Below the pieces are notes generated by a model, which saw nothing but the letters and a program-made list of their open reading frames with translations, did not search any database and had not been told where the DNA came from. A stretch of DNA of 45,499 nucleotides from an uncultured Thermoplasmatales archaeon. GTDB lineage: Archaea; Thermoplasmatota; E2; DHVEG-1. Positions 18,523 to 26,503 of this stretch are shown here, one piece after another. The stretch covers positions 1 to 45,499 of the forward strand of contig CAZGIV010000002.1 in NCBI GenBank assembly GCA_964526175.1. Reading direction: 5' to 3'. Position numbers and translations under genes: made by a program. The stretch's first letter is position 1. Each line of letters starts with the position of its first letter.

Positions 18523-20406
18523 ATGAAGAATCATACACATCGTAAAAAATCTCGGATATGGGAGAAAATTAGTGGATGGAAGGGAATCTGGTTCCATCTT
18601 GCCGGAATAATCGCTATCGCTTGGTTTCTCATCCGGGTAGTCCCAAAGCCTCAACGAGCAGAATATCCCTGTCAACAGGTCGCCATGTCGATTTCACTTG
18701 GGTATATCGCATTTTGGAGTATCTTGTTTACGGGTCTTGTTGTCTGGCTACGACATGCAAAGACGAAATTCGCAAAAACAGTACCAACCATGGCTGCTGG
18801 TTTTCTTGTGTTGTTCACCATCACTGGCGCAGTGTTTGCAACGAATTATTTCCAGGGAAACGAACCGGCAGCAGTATCATGGGATCCTATCCCGAAACAA
18901 CCTATGGGTGTAGGAACCGGTGTGAACCCTGGTCGAGTTGTATGGGTGTGGAATCCAAACGCCACAGAAAAGAACCTTGTTGGATATTGGTGGGAAGAGG
19001 AGAACAACAACCAGGCTGTGATTGATCAGATGTTTTCGAATGGTGTTCAACAGCTCGCTGGAATAGCAAATGATTCTGATGCGTGGAATTTAGTTTTTAG
19101 TTATTTTAACGAAGTTCATGGGAATGGAAACGTAGGCTATCAACCAGGGGAAAAGATCGCGATTAAACTCAATTTCAATAACGCGTTAGGTGGTATTGGC
19201 GATCCGTATGTCAAAGAAGATAATGATAGAGATGCAAGCCCGTATGTGGTGAAAGCACTATTACGTCAGCTTGTGAATGTTGTCGGTGTCGCCCAAGACG
19301 ATATTACATTGTATGATGCGTCTCGACCAATACCGAACTGTTTCTATAACCGTGTGTATTATGAGACCTATCCTGCCGATCCATTAGTAGAGGAATTTAC
19401 GCAGATCCATTATGTCGACTCCCTTGGCGGGGCAACCGGTCGTGAGCAGGTAATTTCCAGCTCGACGAAAATGTATTTTTCCGATGGCACAGTCCGAACA
19501 CTACCAACCTGTGTTGTGAATGCAAAGTATATCATTGATATGCCACTACTGAAGCGGCATCCTATTAATTCGGGTGTGACTCTTTCAGGGAAAAACTTTT
19601 TCGGATCGTTCATCGAACCGGTGTCCGATATCCACCCATACCACATATCGGGGTTAACCATGGGGAATCCTGCCCCGCAGGTGGATTTGTTAGCCTATGA
19701 ACATCTTGGTGGAAAAACACTCCTGTTTCTTGGGGACGGGACCTTTGGGACCAAGGTGGACCATAAAACCATTGCAAAGTTTTTGATGTACCCGTTTAAC
19801 GATGATTGGACGAACAGTTTATTCTTCTCACAAGACCCAGTCGCCATCGATTCAGTGATGTATGATTTCTTACTTACAGAAGGAACGAATCCTATTGAGG
19901 GGTCACAGAACTATCTGCATCAAGCTGCAGTTCCTCCTCCAAATGTCTATGACCCTGAAAACGATGGAGTGTATCTGTCAACGAGCCTTGGTGTTCACGA
20001 ACACTGGGACCGGACGGTGAATATCTTCTCAGCAGACCGGTACTCCGGTCCCGCTGGGAACGGGATTGATTATCGCACTTCAGGCGAAGAATATGTAAGC
20101 CCTGGTGTCGTGTTTACCACTCCTCTTGAAAAGCACTTATTTCTATTCGGAACAGACAAAGGAGCGTTCCCCTTCACGGTGATTATCGGGAAAATCGATG
20201 TAGAAGCGCAAGTCAATGGTGATGTTGGAATCGTTCAAAAAATCGAATTTTTCAAAGATAATACATTACAATTCACTGATACTGAGGCACCGTACATTTG
20301 GACGTGGAACAAACTTTCTTTCTTCAGACATACGATAAAAATCATCGCATACTATGATACGGTGAATACGACGAGTAATCAGATGAATGTCTGGAAAATC
20401 CTCTGA
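18523..20406 (+). CDS. Membrane-anchored DUF362 domain protein with a C-terminal Ig-like region
   Basis: 627 aa. DUF362-like blocks are GEKIAIKLNFNN, DASPYVVKALLRQLV, IIDMPLLKRHPINSGVTLSGKNFFG and QDPVAIDSVMYDFL. There are three N-terminal hydrophobic segments. Confidence 0.45.
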   Translation: MKNHTHRKKSRIWEKISGWKGIWFHLAGIIAIAWFLIRVVPKPQRAEYPCQQVAMSISLGYIAFWSILFTGLVVWLRHAKTKFAKTVPTMAAGFLVLFTITGAVFATNYFQGNEPAAVSWDPIPKQPMGVGTGVNPGRVVWVWNPNATEKNLVGYWWEEENNNQAVIDQMFSNGVQQLAGIANDSDAWNLVFSYFNEVHGNGNVGYQPGEKIAIKLNFNNALGGIGDPYVKEDNDRDASPYVVKALLRQLVNVVGVAQDDITLYDASRPIPNCFYNRVYYETYPADPLVEEFTQIHYVDSLGGATGREQVISSSTKMYFSDGTVRTLPTCVVNAKYIIDMPLLKRHPINSGVTLSGKNFFGSFIEPVSDIHPYHISGLTMGNPAPQVDLLAYEHLGGKTLLFLGDGTFGTKVDHKTIAKFLMYPFNDDWTNSLFFSQDPVAIDSVMYDFLLTEGTNPIEGSQNYLHQAAVPPPNVYDPENDGVYLSTSLGVHEHWDRTVNIFSADRYSGPAGNGIDYRTSGEEYVSPGVVFTTPLEKHLFLFGTDKGAFPFTVIIGKIDVEAQVNGDVGIVQKIEFFKDNTLQFTDTEAPYIWTWNKLSFFRHTIKIIAYYDTVNTTSNQMNVWKIL

Positions 20407-20475
20407 TGCCCAGAGTGACTGCGCGGATTCATACTAGGAAATATTTGCAGTTATAACTCTCAGCAATGCATACGT

Positions 20476-21621
20476 TTATGTGATTATTTCATATTTGAAA
20501 ACCCAGGACATGTATTCTTCACCAAAATCAACAATCACATTTGCTGCATTGATCTCATTTTTACCATCATTATCGCAGTCGCCAATGGAGACCACCGCTA
20601 AATCCCCAAATGTTTCATCAATGACGGCTTCTTCTTCATAGGTGGCACCGTTCCATTGGAGGATATGGATGACATCAGTACCTGCACACACCTCAGCGTT
20701 GCCATCATTATCAACATCGCCCACGTCAAGACCCTCGATAAGTAATCCCTCACCAGGCCATTCCTTTTCAAATTTTATTATGTAATCTGAGCCATTCCAT
20801 TCAAAAATTGTTATCCTAGGTGTGTAGAACCCGATATGAATCTCATCGACACCATCCATATCACTATCTTTACAGATACAAGCAAAAGGATGATTTTCAT
20901 AACCTGATGCGGGAGCGTCAACAAGGATGGTAGGATCAAATTGCTTGGCCGGTTTATCCCAGTTCAATATCACAACCTTATTGCCGGATTCAAGGACGAT
21001 TTCATTTTCCCCATCGTCATCCACGTCACCAAGACCTGCCATGAAGACCTCTCCGTTCACACCAACATCATCCCAATCAGCAGCATATTTCACTAATCGT
21101 GCCCCATCCCATTTGAAAACAACGATTTCAGGAACTGACCGTCTCCAGTCACGACAACTCATAATGAGTTCATTCAGACCATCATTATCACAATCACCAA
21201 TGTAACAATCAGGGTTACCACCACCATGCCATTCTACCCATGGATTCCATGCAATAATACGATAACGACCGTTTATGAATTTATGAACCGTTGCGTACCA
21301 TGAAACCGCGATTTCGTTTTCCCCATCACCAGTTAGATCACCGATAGCAAATCCATCTGAGTCAAGACGACGAAACGGAAAGAAAGGACACCGTAATGTG
21401 TGTGTCTGTTCATATGTCTGTGAATTCTCGTTCCATTCCATGACTCGTAACATCGCATCTCTTCCGCCGATAAGCAACTCATTCTCGCCATCGTTATCGC
21501 AATCACCAATTGGCTGTGGTCCTTCATAGCGTGCCCCATAGAACGGGCTTTTTCCATAGCTCATTTCCCATTGGATGTCATACAAATTGGTAGCCACATT
21601 TAACGGTTTTAAATTCTTCAT
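20476..21621 (-). CDS. FG-GAP/VCBS repeat protein (seven-bladed integrin-alpha-like propeller); the N-terminal signal peptide appears to be out of frame
   Basis: Seven Ca-binding-type repeats are present: GDCDNDGENELLIGG, GDLTGDGENEIAV, GDCDNDGLNELIM, GDVDDDGENEIVL, DSDMDGVDEIHIG, GDVDNDGNAEVCAG and GDCDNDGKNEINA. Confidence 0.75.
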   Translation of the reverse strand: MKNLKPLNVATNLYDIQWEMSYGKSPFYGARYEGPQPIGDCDNDGENELLIGGRDAMLRVMEWNENSQTYEQTHTLRCPFFPFRRLDSDGFAIGDLTGDGENEIAVSWYATVHKFINGRYRIIAWNPWVEWHGGGNPDCYIGDCDNDGLNELIMSCRDWRRSVPEIVVFKWDGARLVKYAADWDDVGVNGEVFMAGLGDVDDDGENEIVLESGNKVVILNWDKPAKQFDPTILVDAPASGYENHPFACICKDSDMDGVDEIHIGFYTPRITIFEWNGSDYIIKFEKEWPGEGLLIEGLDVGDVDNDGNAEVCAGTDVIHILQWNGATYEEEAVIDETFGDLAVVSIGDCDNDGKNEINAANVIVDFGEEYMSWVFKYEIIT

Positions 21622-21828
21622 ATCTATTGTGGTATCATTTGAAAAGGCTATTGAGAGGCCACATAATGAAAAAAAATAATGATCAGAGGAATAAACAAAT
21701 GTCTCTTCATAGATTTATTCACCAAGCATCATATAATTTATCGGAATTATAAATATTTCCTTTGATAATTTAAACTGTCGTATCCCGAAATTACTTCCTC
21801 CTAGAAAAAAACCTTTTATAGGAAAATA

Positions 21829-21849
21829 CGGACGTGGCGGCAGTCGAAC
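21829..21849. repeat. att-like direct repeat, distal copy (orphan tRNA 3' fragment)
   Basis: CGGACGTGGCGG (12/12 identical to 24470-24481) is followed by CAGTCGAAC, compared with GATTCGAAC in the tRNA T-arm (7/9). Confidence 0.6.
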
Positions 21850-21858
21850 ATCCCAACA

Positions 21859-21872
21859 GGAGAGAATTTGGG
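21859..21872. repeat. Inverted repeat, left arm (GGAGAGAATTTGGG)
   Basis: It is the reverse complement of 24445-24457 (CCCAATTCTCTCC) except for one extra T. It lies 9 nt inside the left att-like repeat. Confidence 0.5.
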
Positions 21873-22092
21873 CAAGAAAACCCGAAAAAAACGGCTTTTG
21901 AATTTAATCGTTGTTCGGGAAATCGTTTCTATTCTCACTAAAAGCTTTCTCATTTTTTCTTTCTTTTTTTGGAGGTTGAATTATGCAAAGAGAAACAATA
22001 TATGATCGAATGACAATATGTGAAAGAGTATGATATGAAGATTGAAGAGATGGATGATCTGTATCAACAACTCATAGCTAATGTGATGAACT

Positions 22093-22661
22093 ATGGAAAA
22101 GCAGGTTAGAATCTACAACCTTGACATAAACTACAATGTCATTCATCGAGATATTAAATTCCCTAGACTAGAATTCAGGACAGGAAAATTATGTCTCATT
22201 CTCCCAAAAAACTACACGGAATATGATAATCTAATCGAGAAACATCACGATTGGATCTATAACAAAATGACTTTTGTGAACGAAACAGTAAATAAATCCA
22301 CAGAAAAAATAGTACAGACCGAAAAAACAGTTGACGAGTTGAAAGAACTCATATATGACTATGTAAAAAAAATCAGTAAAAAACATAAGATACACCCCCA
22401 AGAAAATCTATTTCAGGAACATGAAATCAAAATGGGGAAGCTGTAGTTCTAAAAAAAAACCTAACGTTCAACACTCAAATGAAATATTTACCAGATGATT
22501 TGATAAAATATGTTGTTCTCCATGAAATGACACACATTATCGAACGAAAACATAGTCGGAGATTCTGGAAAATCATCTCAAAATCGTTTTCAGATTATGA
22601 AAAATACGAGACATATCTATTTCTATACTGGTTCCTAACACAAAAATATCAATGTTCATAA
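22093..22661 (+). pseudogene. DUF45 (YgjP/SprT-like HExxH) metal-dependent hydrolase, disrupted by two frameshifts
   Basis: Frame 1 gives MEKQVRIYNLDINY...KHKIHP. A second frame gives KKIYFRNMKSKWGSCSSKKK, containing the family's WGSC block. A third frame gives NLTFNTQMKYLPDDLIKYVVLHEMTHIIERKHSRRFW, containing the HExxH...H..FW block. The frame changes coincide with C5 (22395-22399) and A9 (22451-22459). Confidence 0.65.
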
Positions 22662-22767
22662 TCCTTAAATGATTGAAATAGGTATCTTAATAAAGACAAC
22701 TAACGGGAAAATAATACTTTCAGTCACCTTAGAGAGACATTAATATCTGTAAATGTAGGTAAAGAAA

Positions 22768-23601
22768 ATGATGATGAGACAGAAATACCTCTATCATTTC
22801 TTACAAAGTACTCATAAGTGTTCAAAAATGAAACTAGCGAAAATCTTCTTCCTTTTCAACACAGAATATTCAATGAACAAACCGTGCAAATTATACAATT
22901 TTGTTCCATATAAATTCGGTCCGTATTCATTCGAACTCTTCCACGATATTGACGCTATGGAACGAGAAAAAATCTTGACAACAGATGCGAACCATATCTA
23001 TTTCATACATGATAATTCCCTACCTAAAATAGACATCTCAGATGATCTAAACCACTATTTGAATAGATTATCCAAATTAACTGAAAAAGAGCTTATCAAA
23101 TATGTCTATGATCGCCATCCAGATTACACCGTCTTCAGTGAAATCGAAAAGAAGAAGCTATTGGTTCGAGATCAAATCGGTATCACAACCATTGGCTATG
23201 AAGGATTATCCATTGATGAATTCTTCATGCGATTAATCCAAGATAAAATCAATACCCTTGTTGACATCAGAAACAATCCCTGGAGCATGAAATACGGGTA
23301 CACAAAACAAACACTCTCAACACTATGTGAAAAACTAGGGATCCAATATCTTAGTACCCCTCCCCTTGGTATTCCAAGTCATTTAAGAAAAAATCTTCAG
23401 ACAAAAGAAGACTACGAAAACCTGTTTGCACATTACGCTACATATTTGAAAACTAGAAAAGAATATCTTGATAACATTATTAAACTTTCAAAAAAACAAA
23501 AACTCGCTCTTATGTGTTTTGAGAAAGATCCACAATTATGTCATCGACATATCCTCGCAGAAGAACTAAAACGACTTGGAGCTGAGGTGACTATTCGATG
23601 A
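22768..23601 (+). CDS. Fusion protein: N-terminal Panacea/DUF4065 (SocA-like antitoxin)-like domain + C-terminal DUF488 domain
   Basis: 277 aa. The N-terminal half has KMKLAKIFFLFNTEY...YNFVPYKFGPYSFELFHDIDAMEREKIL, resembling DUF4065. The C-terminal half has ITTIGYEG.SIDEF, LVDIRNNPWS, LGIQYLSTPPLG and LALMCFEKDPQLCHRHILAEEL, which are DUF488 blocks. The stop overlaps the next start (ATGA, 23598-23601). Confidence 0.55.
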   Translation: MMMRQKYLYHFLQSTHKCSKMKLAKIFFLFNTEYSMNKPCKLYNFVPYKFGPYSFELFHDIDAMEREKILTTDANHIYFIHDNSLPKIDISDDLNHYLNRLSKLTEKELIKYVYDRHPDYTVFSEIEKKKLLVRDQIGITTIGYEGLSIDEFFMRLIQDKINTLVDIRNNPWSMKYGYTKQTLSTLCEKLGIQYLSTPPLGIPSHLRKNLQTKEDYENLFAHYATYLKTRKEYLDNIIKLSKKQKLALMCFEKDPQLCHRHILAEELKRLGAEVTIR

Positions 23602-24362
23602 CCTGGGAGAAAAAGCGAATAACGATTGTCACTAAAGCATATCCGGAATACAGTAAACGCCATGGGAGTGTTGCATGCACTGCTGGAATAACCGAAGATA
23701 ATGAATGGATTCGACTTTATCCTATTGATATGAGACATTTTTCTGGAAGTGTTAAGATCTCAAAATTTGATATCATCGAAGCGGAATGCACACCTGATTC
23801 AGATAAACTCGGGAGAAAAGAAAGTTGTAAGGTAAGACCAGATTCGATTAAAATCATAGACAGAAGTCTAACAAAACCAAAAGTGGACTGGAATCGAAGA
23901 AATGACATTGTTCTTCCTTTACTCAATGATTCTGTTGAATCACTTCAACAAAGCTACCAAGAAAAGAAAACATCACTTGGTTTAATCAAACCGATAGAGC
24001 TTATAGATTTCATCAAAAATGATCCATTACAGATTTACGAAAAGGACAGCTGGTCATTTACCGTTAATCTTGATGGAATGAAAATACCACAGATAACCAA
24101 GATTCCACACATATTCAAATACCGATTTACATGTCAAGGATGTAAAGGACAAGAACACAACATGCAATGTGAGGACTGGGAACTTTTCGAATCATATCGA
24201 AGTTGGGGAAAAACCTACAAAGATCCGAGTATTCTCTGGGATAAATTAAAGTACAAATATTTTGATTGGATGCTCAAAGAGCGGGATTTATATTTTATCA
24301 TGGGGATGTATTCTCAATATCCAACCTGGTTTATTGTTGGACTGTATTGTCCCCCAAAATAA
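23598..24362 (+). CDS. Hypothetical protein, no recognisable family; putative zinc-binding CxxC...H...C motif
   Basis: 254-aa ORF translationally coupled to the upstream gene. The N-terminus is KRITIVTKAYPEYSKRHGSVACTAGITEDNEWIRLYPI. The central motif is FTCQGCKGQEHNMQCEDWE. Confidence 0.5.
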   Translation: MTWEKKRITIVTKAYPEYSKRHGSVACTAGITEDNEWIRLYPIDMRHFSGSVKISKFDIIEAECTPDSDKLGRKESCKVRPDSIKIIDRSLTKPKVDWNRRNDIVLPLLNDSVESLQQSYQEKKTSLGLIKPIELIDFIKNDPLQIYEKDSWSFTVNLDGMKIPQITKIPHIFKYRFTCQGCKGQEHNMQCEDWELFESYRSWGKTYKDPSILWDKLKYKYFDWMLKERDLYFIMGMYSQYPTWFIVGLYCPPK

Positions 24363-24444
24363 AAAAATCAATGTTCTCCATATAATAAAAATTTCGAATA
24401 GGTAAACACGGATAAAAAAAGCACGAAAAAATAGGGTCTTTTAA

Positions 24445-24457
24445 CCCAATTCTCTCC
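24445..24457. repeat. Inverted repeat, right arm (CCCAATTCTCTCC)
   Basis: It is the reverse complement of 21859-21872 and lies 12 nt inside the right att-like repeat. Confidence 0.5.
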
Positions 24458-24469
24458 GAGAAAGAGAAG

Positions 24470-24490
24470 CGGACGTGGCGGGATTCGAAC
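24470..24490. repeat. att-like direct repeat, tRNA-proximal copy (3' acceptor strand and T-arm of tRNA-Arg)
   Basis: CGGACGTGGCGGGATTCGAAC is the complement of the discriminator, 3' acceptor strand and part of the T-arm of tRNA-Arg(TCT). Confidence 0.6.
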
Positions 24491-24544
24491 CCGCGATTAC
24501 CGACTTAGAAGGCCGGTGCCTTATCCAGGCTAGGCCACACGCCC
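24470..24544 (-). tRNA. tRNA-Arg (anticodon TCT)
   Basis: Hand-folded cloverleaf. Acceptor stem is GGGCGTG/CACGTCC and D stem is GCCT/AGGC. Anticodon stem is CCGGC/GTCGG with loop CTTCTAA. T arm is GCGGG-TTCGAAT-CCCGC and the discriminator is G. No CCA is encoded. Confidence 0.9.
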
Positions 24545-24556
24545 AAAGAGAGTAAA

Positions 24557-24644
24557 CGCTGAGGGGGAGATTTGAACTCCCGCTCCCCTTGCGGAGAACC
24601 GGCTCTCAAGGCCGGCGCGGTGGACCGAGCTTTGCTACCTCAGC
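24557..24644 (-). tRNA. tRNA-Ser (anticodon TGA), class II with long variable arm
   Basis: Acceptor stem is GCTGAGG/CCTCAGC. Anticodon stem is CCGGC/GCCGG with loop CTTGAGA. The long variable arm is TTCTCCGCAAGGGGAGC. T arm is GGGAG-TTCAAAT-CTCCC. Confidence 0.88.
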
Positions 24645-24698
24645 AGTGAATCAAATAATGCAAGGGTATAAGATATCCTTATAAAAAGAGTTGTTCTT

Positions 24699-25013
24699 TT
24701 ACGATTTTAACACAATTTCTATGTGAACGCCGTCAGGGACTTGTATCCTCATAAGTTGTCGTAATGCACGATCACTTGCATCCAGATCAATGAGTCGTTT
24801 ATGGATTCTCATCTCCCAATGGTCAATGGTTTCTGTTCCCTCACCATCAGGGGATTTCCGACAAGGAACACGGAGCCGTTTCGTTGGCATCGGAACCGGT
24901 CCTCGAAGTGCGACACCGGTTTTCTCTGCGATCATTTTAATTTGCGTGCACACTTCCTCAAGCTTGGTTGATTCCGTGCTGGTAAGTGAAATTCGTGCTT
25001 TCTGCGCTGACAT
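24699..25013 (-). CDS. rps10: 30S ribosomal protein S10 (uS10)
   Basis: 104 aa, [44 protein letters not shown]. It sits immediately downstream of EF-1alpha, as in archaeal str-type operons. Confidence 0.9.
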   Translation of the reverse strand: MSAQKARISLTSTESTKLEEVCTQIKMIAEKTGVALRGPVPMPTKRLRVPCRKSPDGEGTETIDHWEMRIHKRLIDLDASDRALRQLMRIQVPDGVHIEIVLKS

Positions 25014-25065
25014 GTTCGGTTGCCCCTATCTATTATTAAAGAGATAAAAAGAAGAGAGGAGGATG

Positions 25066-26349
25066 TTACTTTACCGCCTCGACTTCTAAACAGACACCAG
25101 CTGCGACCGTCTGCCCCATATCTCTGATGGCAAACCGTCCCAGTTGTGGGATTTTCTTTGACGATTCAATGACCATCGGACGGGTTGGGACAATCTTGAC
25201 GATTGCGGCGTCACCTGTTTTAATGAAATCAGGGTTCTCTTCTTTGACTTGCCCGGTTTTCGGATCAAGTTTCTTTTGTATTTCTTCGAATCTGCACGCA
25301 ACTTGTGCTGTGTAGCAGTGGAAGACAGGCGTGTACCCTTTCGTGATGACAGATGGATGGTTCAACACCATGATTTGTGCAATGAATGATTTGGCAACAG
25401 TTGGTGGATCATTTGCTGGTCCTGCGACGTCCCCTCGTTTGATATCTCCTTTGTTGAGACCGCGGACATTGACACCAATGTTGTCACCAGGCATTGCTTC
25501 ATTAATCATTTCATGGTGCATCTCAATGGTTTTTACTTCCCCAGAAACCCCACCGGGTTTCATACTGGGTTTAAAAACCAGTGTTTGTCCAGGTTTCATG
25601 ATACCGCACTCGACCTTTCCGACTGGAACCGTACCGACACCTTTTATGGTGTAGACATCTTGGATTGGCCATCGCAGTGGTAGGTTCACTGGTTTCTCAG
25701 GCAGGGTGAATTTGTCAATAGCTTTCAAAATAGTATCCCCAGTCCACCAGGTGATTCCTTTTTTATCCTTTATGTTATCTCCCTCGAAAGCAGAGACAGG
25801 GATGAACTGAAGTTGTTCATCTTTGTAACCGACGCTTTTTGCTAAGGTATGGACATCGGCTTTCACCTGTTCATAACGGGCTTTGTCGTAGGGAGGTTTT
25901 GTCGCATCCATTTGGTTAATCGCAACAATCATTTGTTTCACACCAAGGGTTCTGGCAAGGAACATGTGTTCCTTTGTTTGTGCCATGACACCATGCTGTG
26001 CTGCGACAACAAGGATAGCTGCATCTGCTTGGGATGTCCCGGTAATCATGTTTTTAACGAAGTCTCGGTGACCAGGTGCATCAATGATGGTGATGTAATA
26101 TTTGTCAGTGTCAAATCGTTTGTGCGCAACATCAATAGTAACTCCTCGTTCTCGTTCCTCTTTGAGTTGATCGAAAATCCAAGCAAGAGCAAAACTTTCT
26201 TTTCCTTTCGCTTTTGCTTCTTCTCTGAATTTCTCTACCATGTGTGGTGGGAACTGACCGGTATCAAGTAAGATTCTTCCAACGAGTGTGGACTTACCAT
26301 GATCGACGTGACCAATAATTACTAAATTCAGGTGTGGTTTTTCAGCCAT
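25066..26349 (-). CDS. tuf: Translation elongation factor 1-alpha (aEF-1A)
   Basis: 427 aa. G1 is [10 protein letters not shown]3 is DAPGHRDF and G4 is NQMD. GGAGGT lies 7 nt upstream of the ATG. Confidence 0.95.
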   Translation of the reverse strand: MAEKPHLNLVIIGHVDHGKSTLVGRILLDTGQFPPHMVEKFREEAKAKGKESFALAWIFDQLKEERERGVTIDVAHKRFDTDKYYITIIDAPGHRDFVKNMITGTSQADAAILVVAAQHGVMAQTKEHMFLARTLGVKQMIVAINQMDATKPPYDKARYEQVKADVHTLAKSVGYKDEQLQFIPVSAFEGDNIKDKKGITWWTGDTILKAIDKFTLPEKPVNLPLRWPIQDVYTIKGVGTVPVGKVECGIMKPGQTLVFKPSMKPGGVSGEVKTIEMHHEMINEAMPGDNIGVNVRGLNKGDIKRGDVAGPANDPPTVAKSFIAQIMVLNHPSVITKGYTPVFHCYTAQVACRFEEIQKKLDPKTGQVKEENPDFIKTGDAAIVKIVPTRPMVIESSKKIPQLGRFAIRDMGQTVAAGVCLEVEAVK

Positions 26350-26503
26350 AATTTTACCTCCATGAGTCTACATTTCAATTCAGTATTTATCTTTTCCTAT
26401 TCCTTTCTTTACTTCGAAGGTTTGATAGCGTATAGCCTTCTTATTTATAAGTTTTACCTAGACGACAGGAGGCGTACCAAAGAATTTAAAAAAAAATGAT
26501 TTT

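Larger units (their letters stand above)
21829..24490. mobile_element. Small tRNA-Arg-associated integrated islet (about 2.6 kb) with no integrase, either a remnant or non-autonomous
   Basis: It is bounded by a direct repeat of the tRNA-Arg 3' end (21829-21849 and 24470-24490). Inverted repeats lie just inside each end. The interior is A+T-rich and holds one decayed gene and two orphan-like genes. Confidence 0.6.

Noticed and set aside
21669-22459. Programmed ribosomal frameshifting as the explanation for the three homopolymer-associated frame breaks.
   Set aside because: I see no slippery heptamer plus downstream structure. One gene needs two shifts in different directions. Decay or basecalling error is the more economical explanation, so these breaks are reported as findings to be checked against reads.
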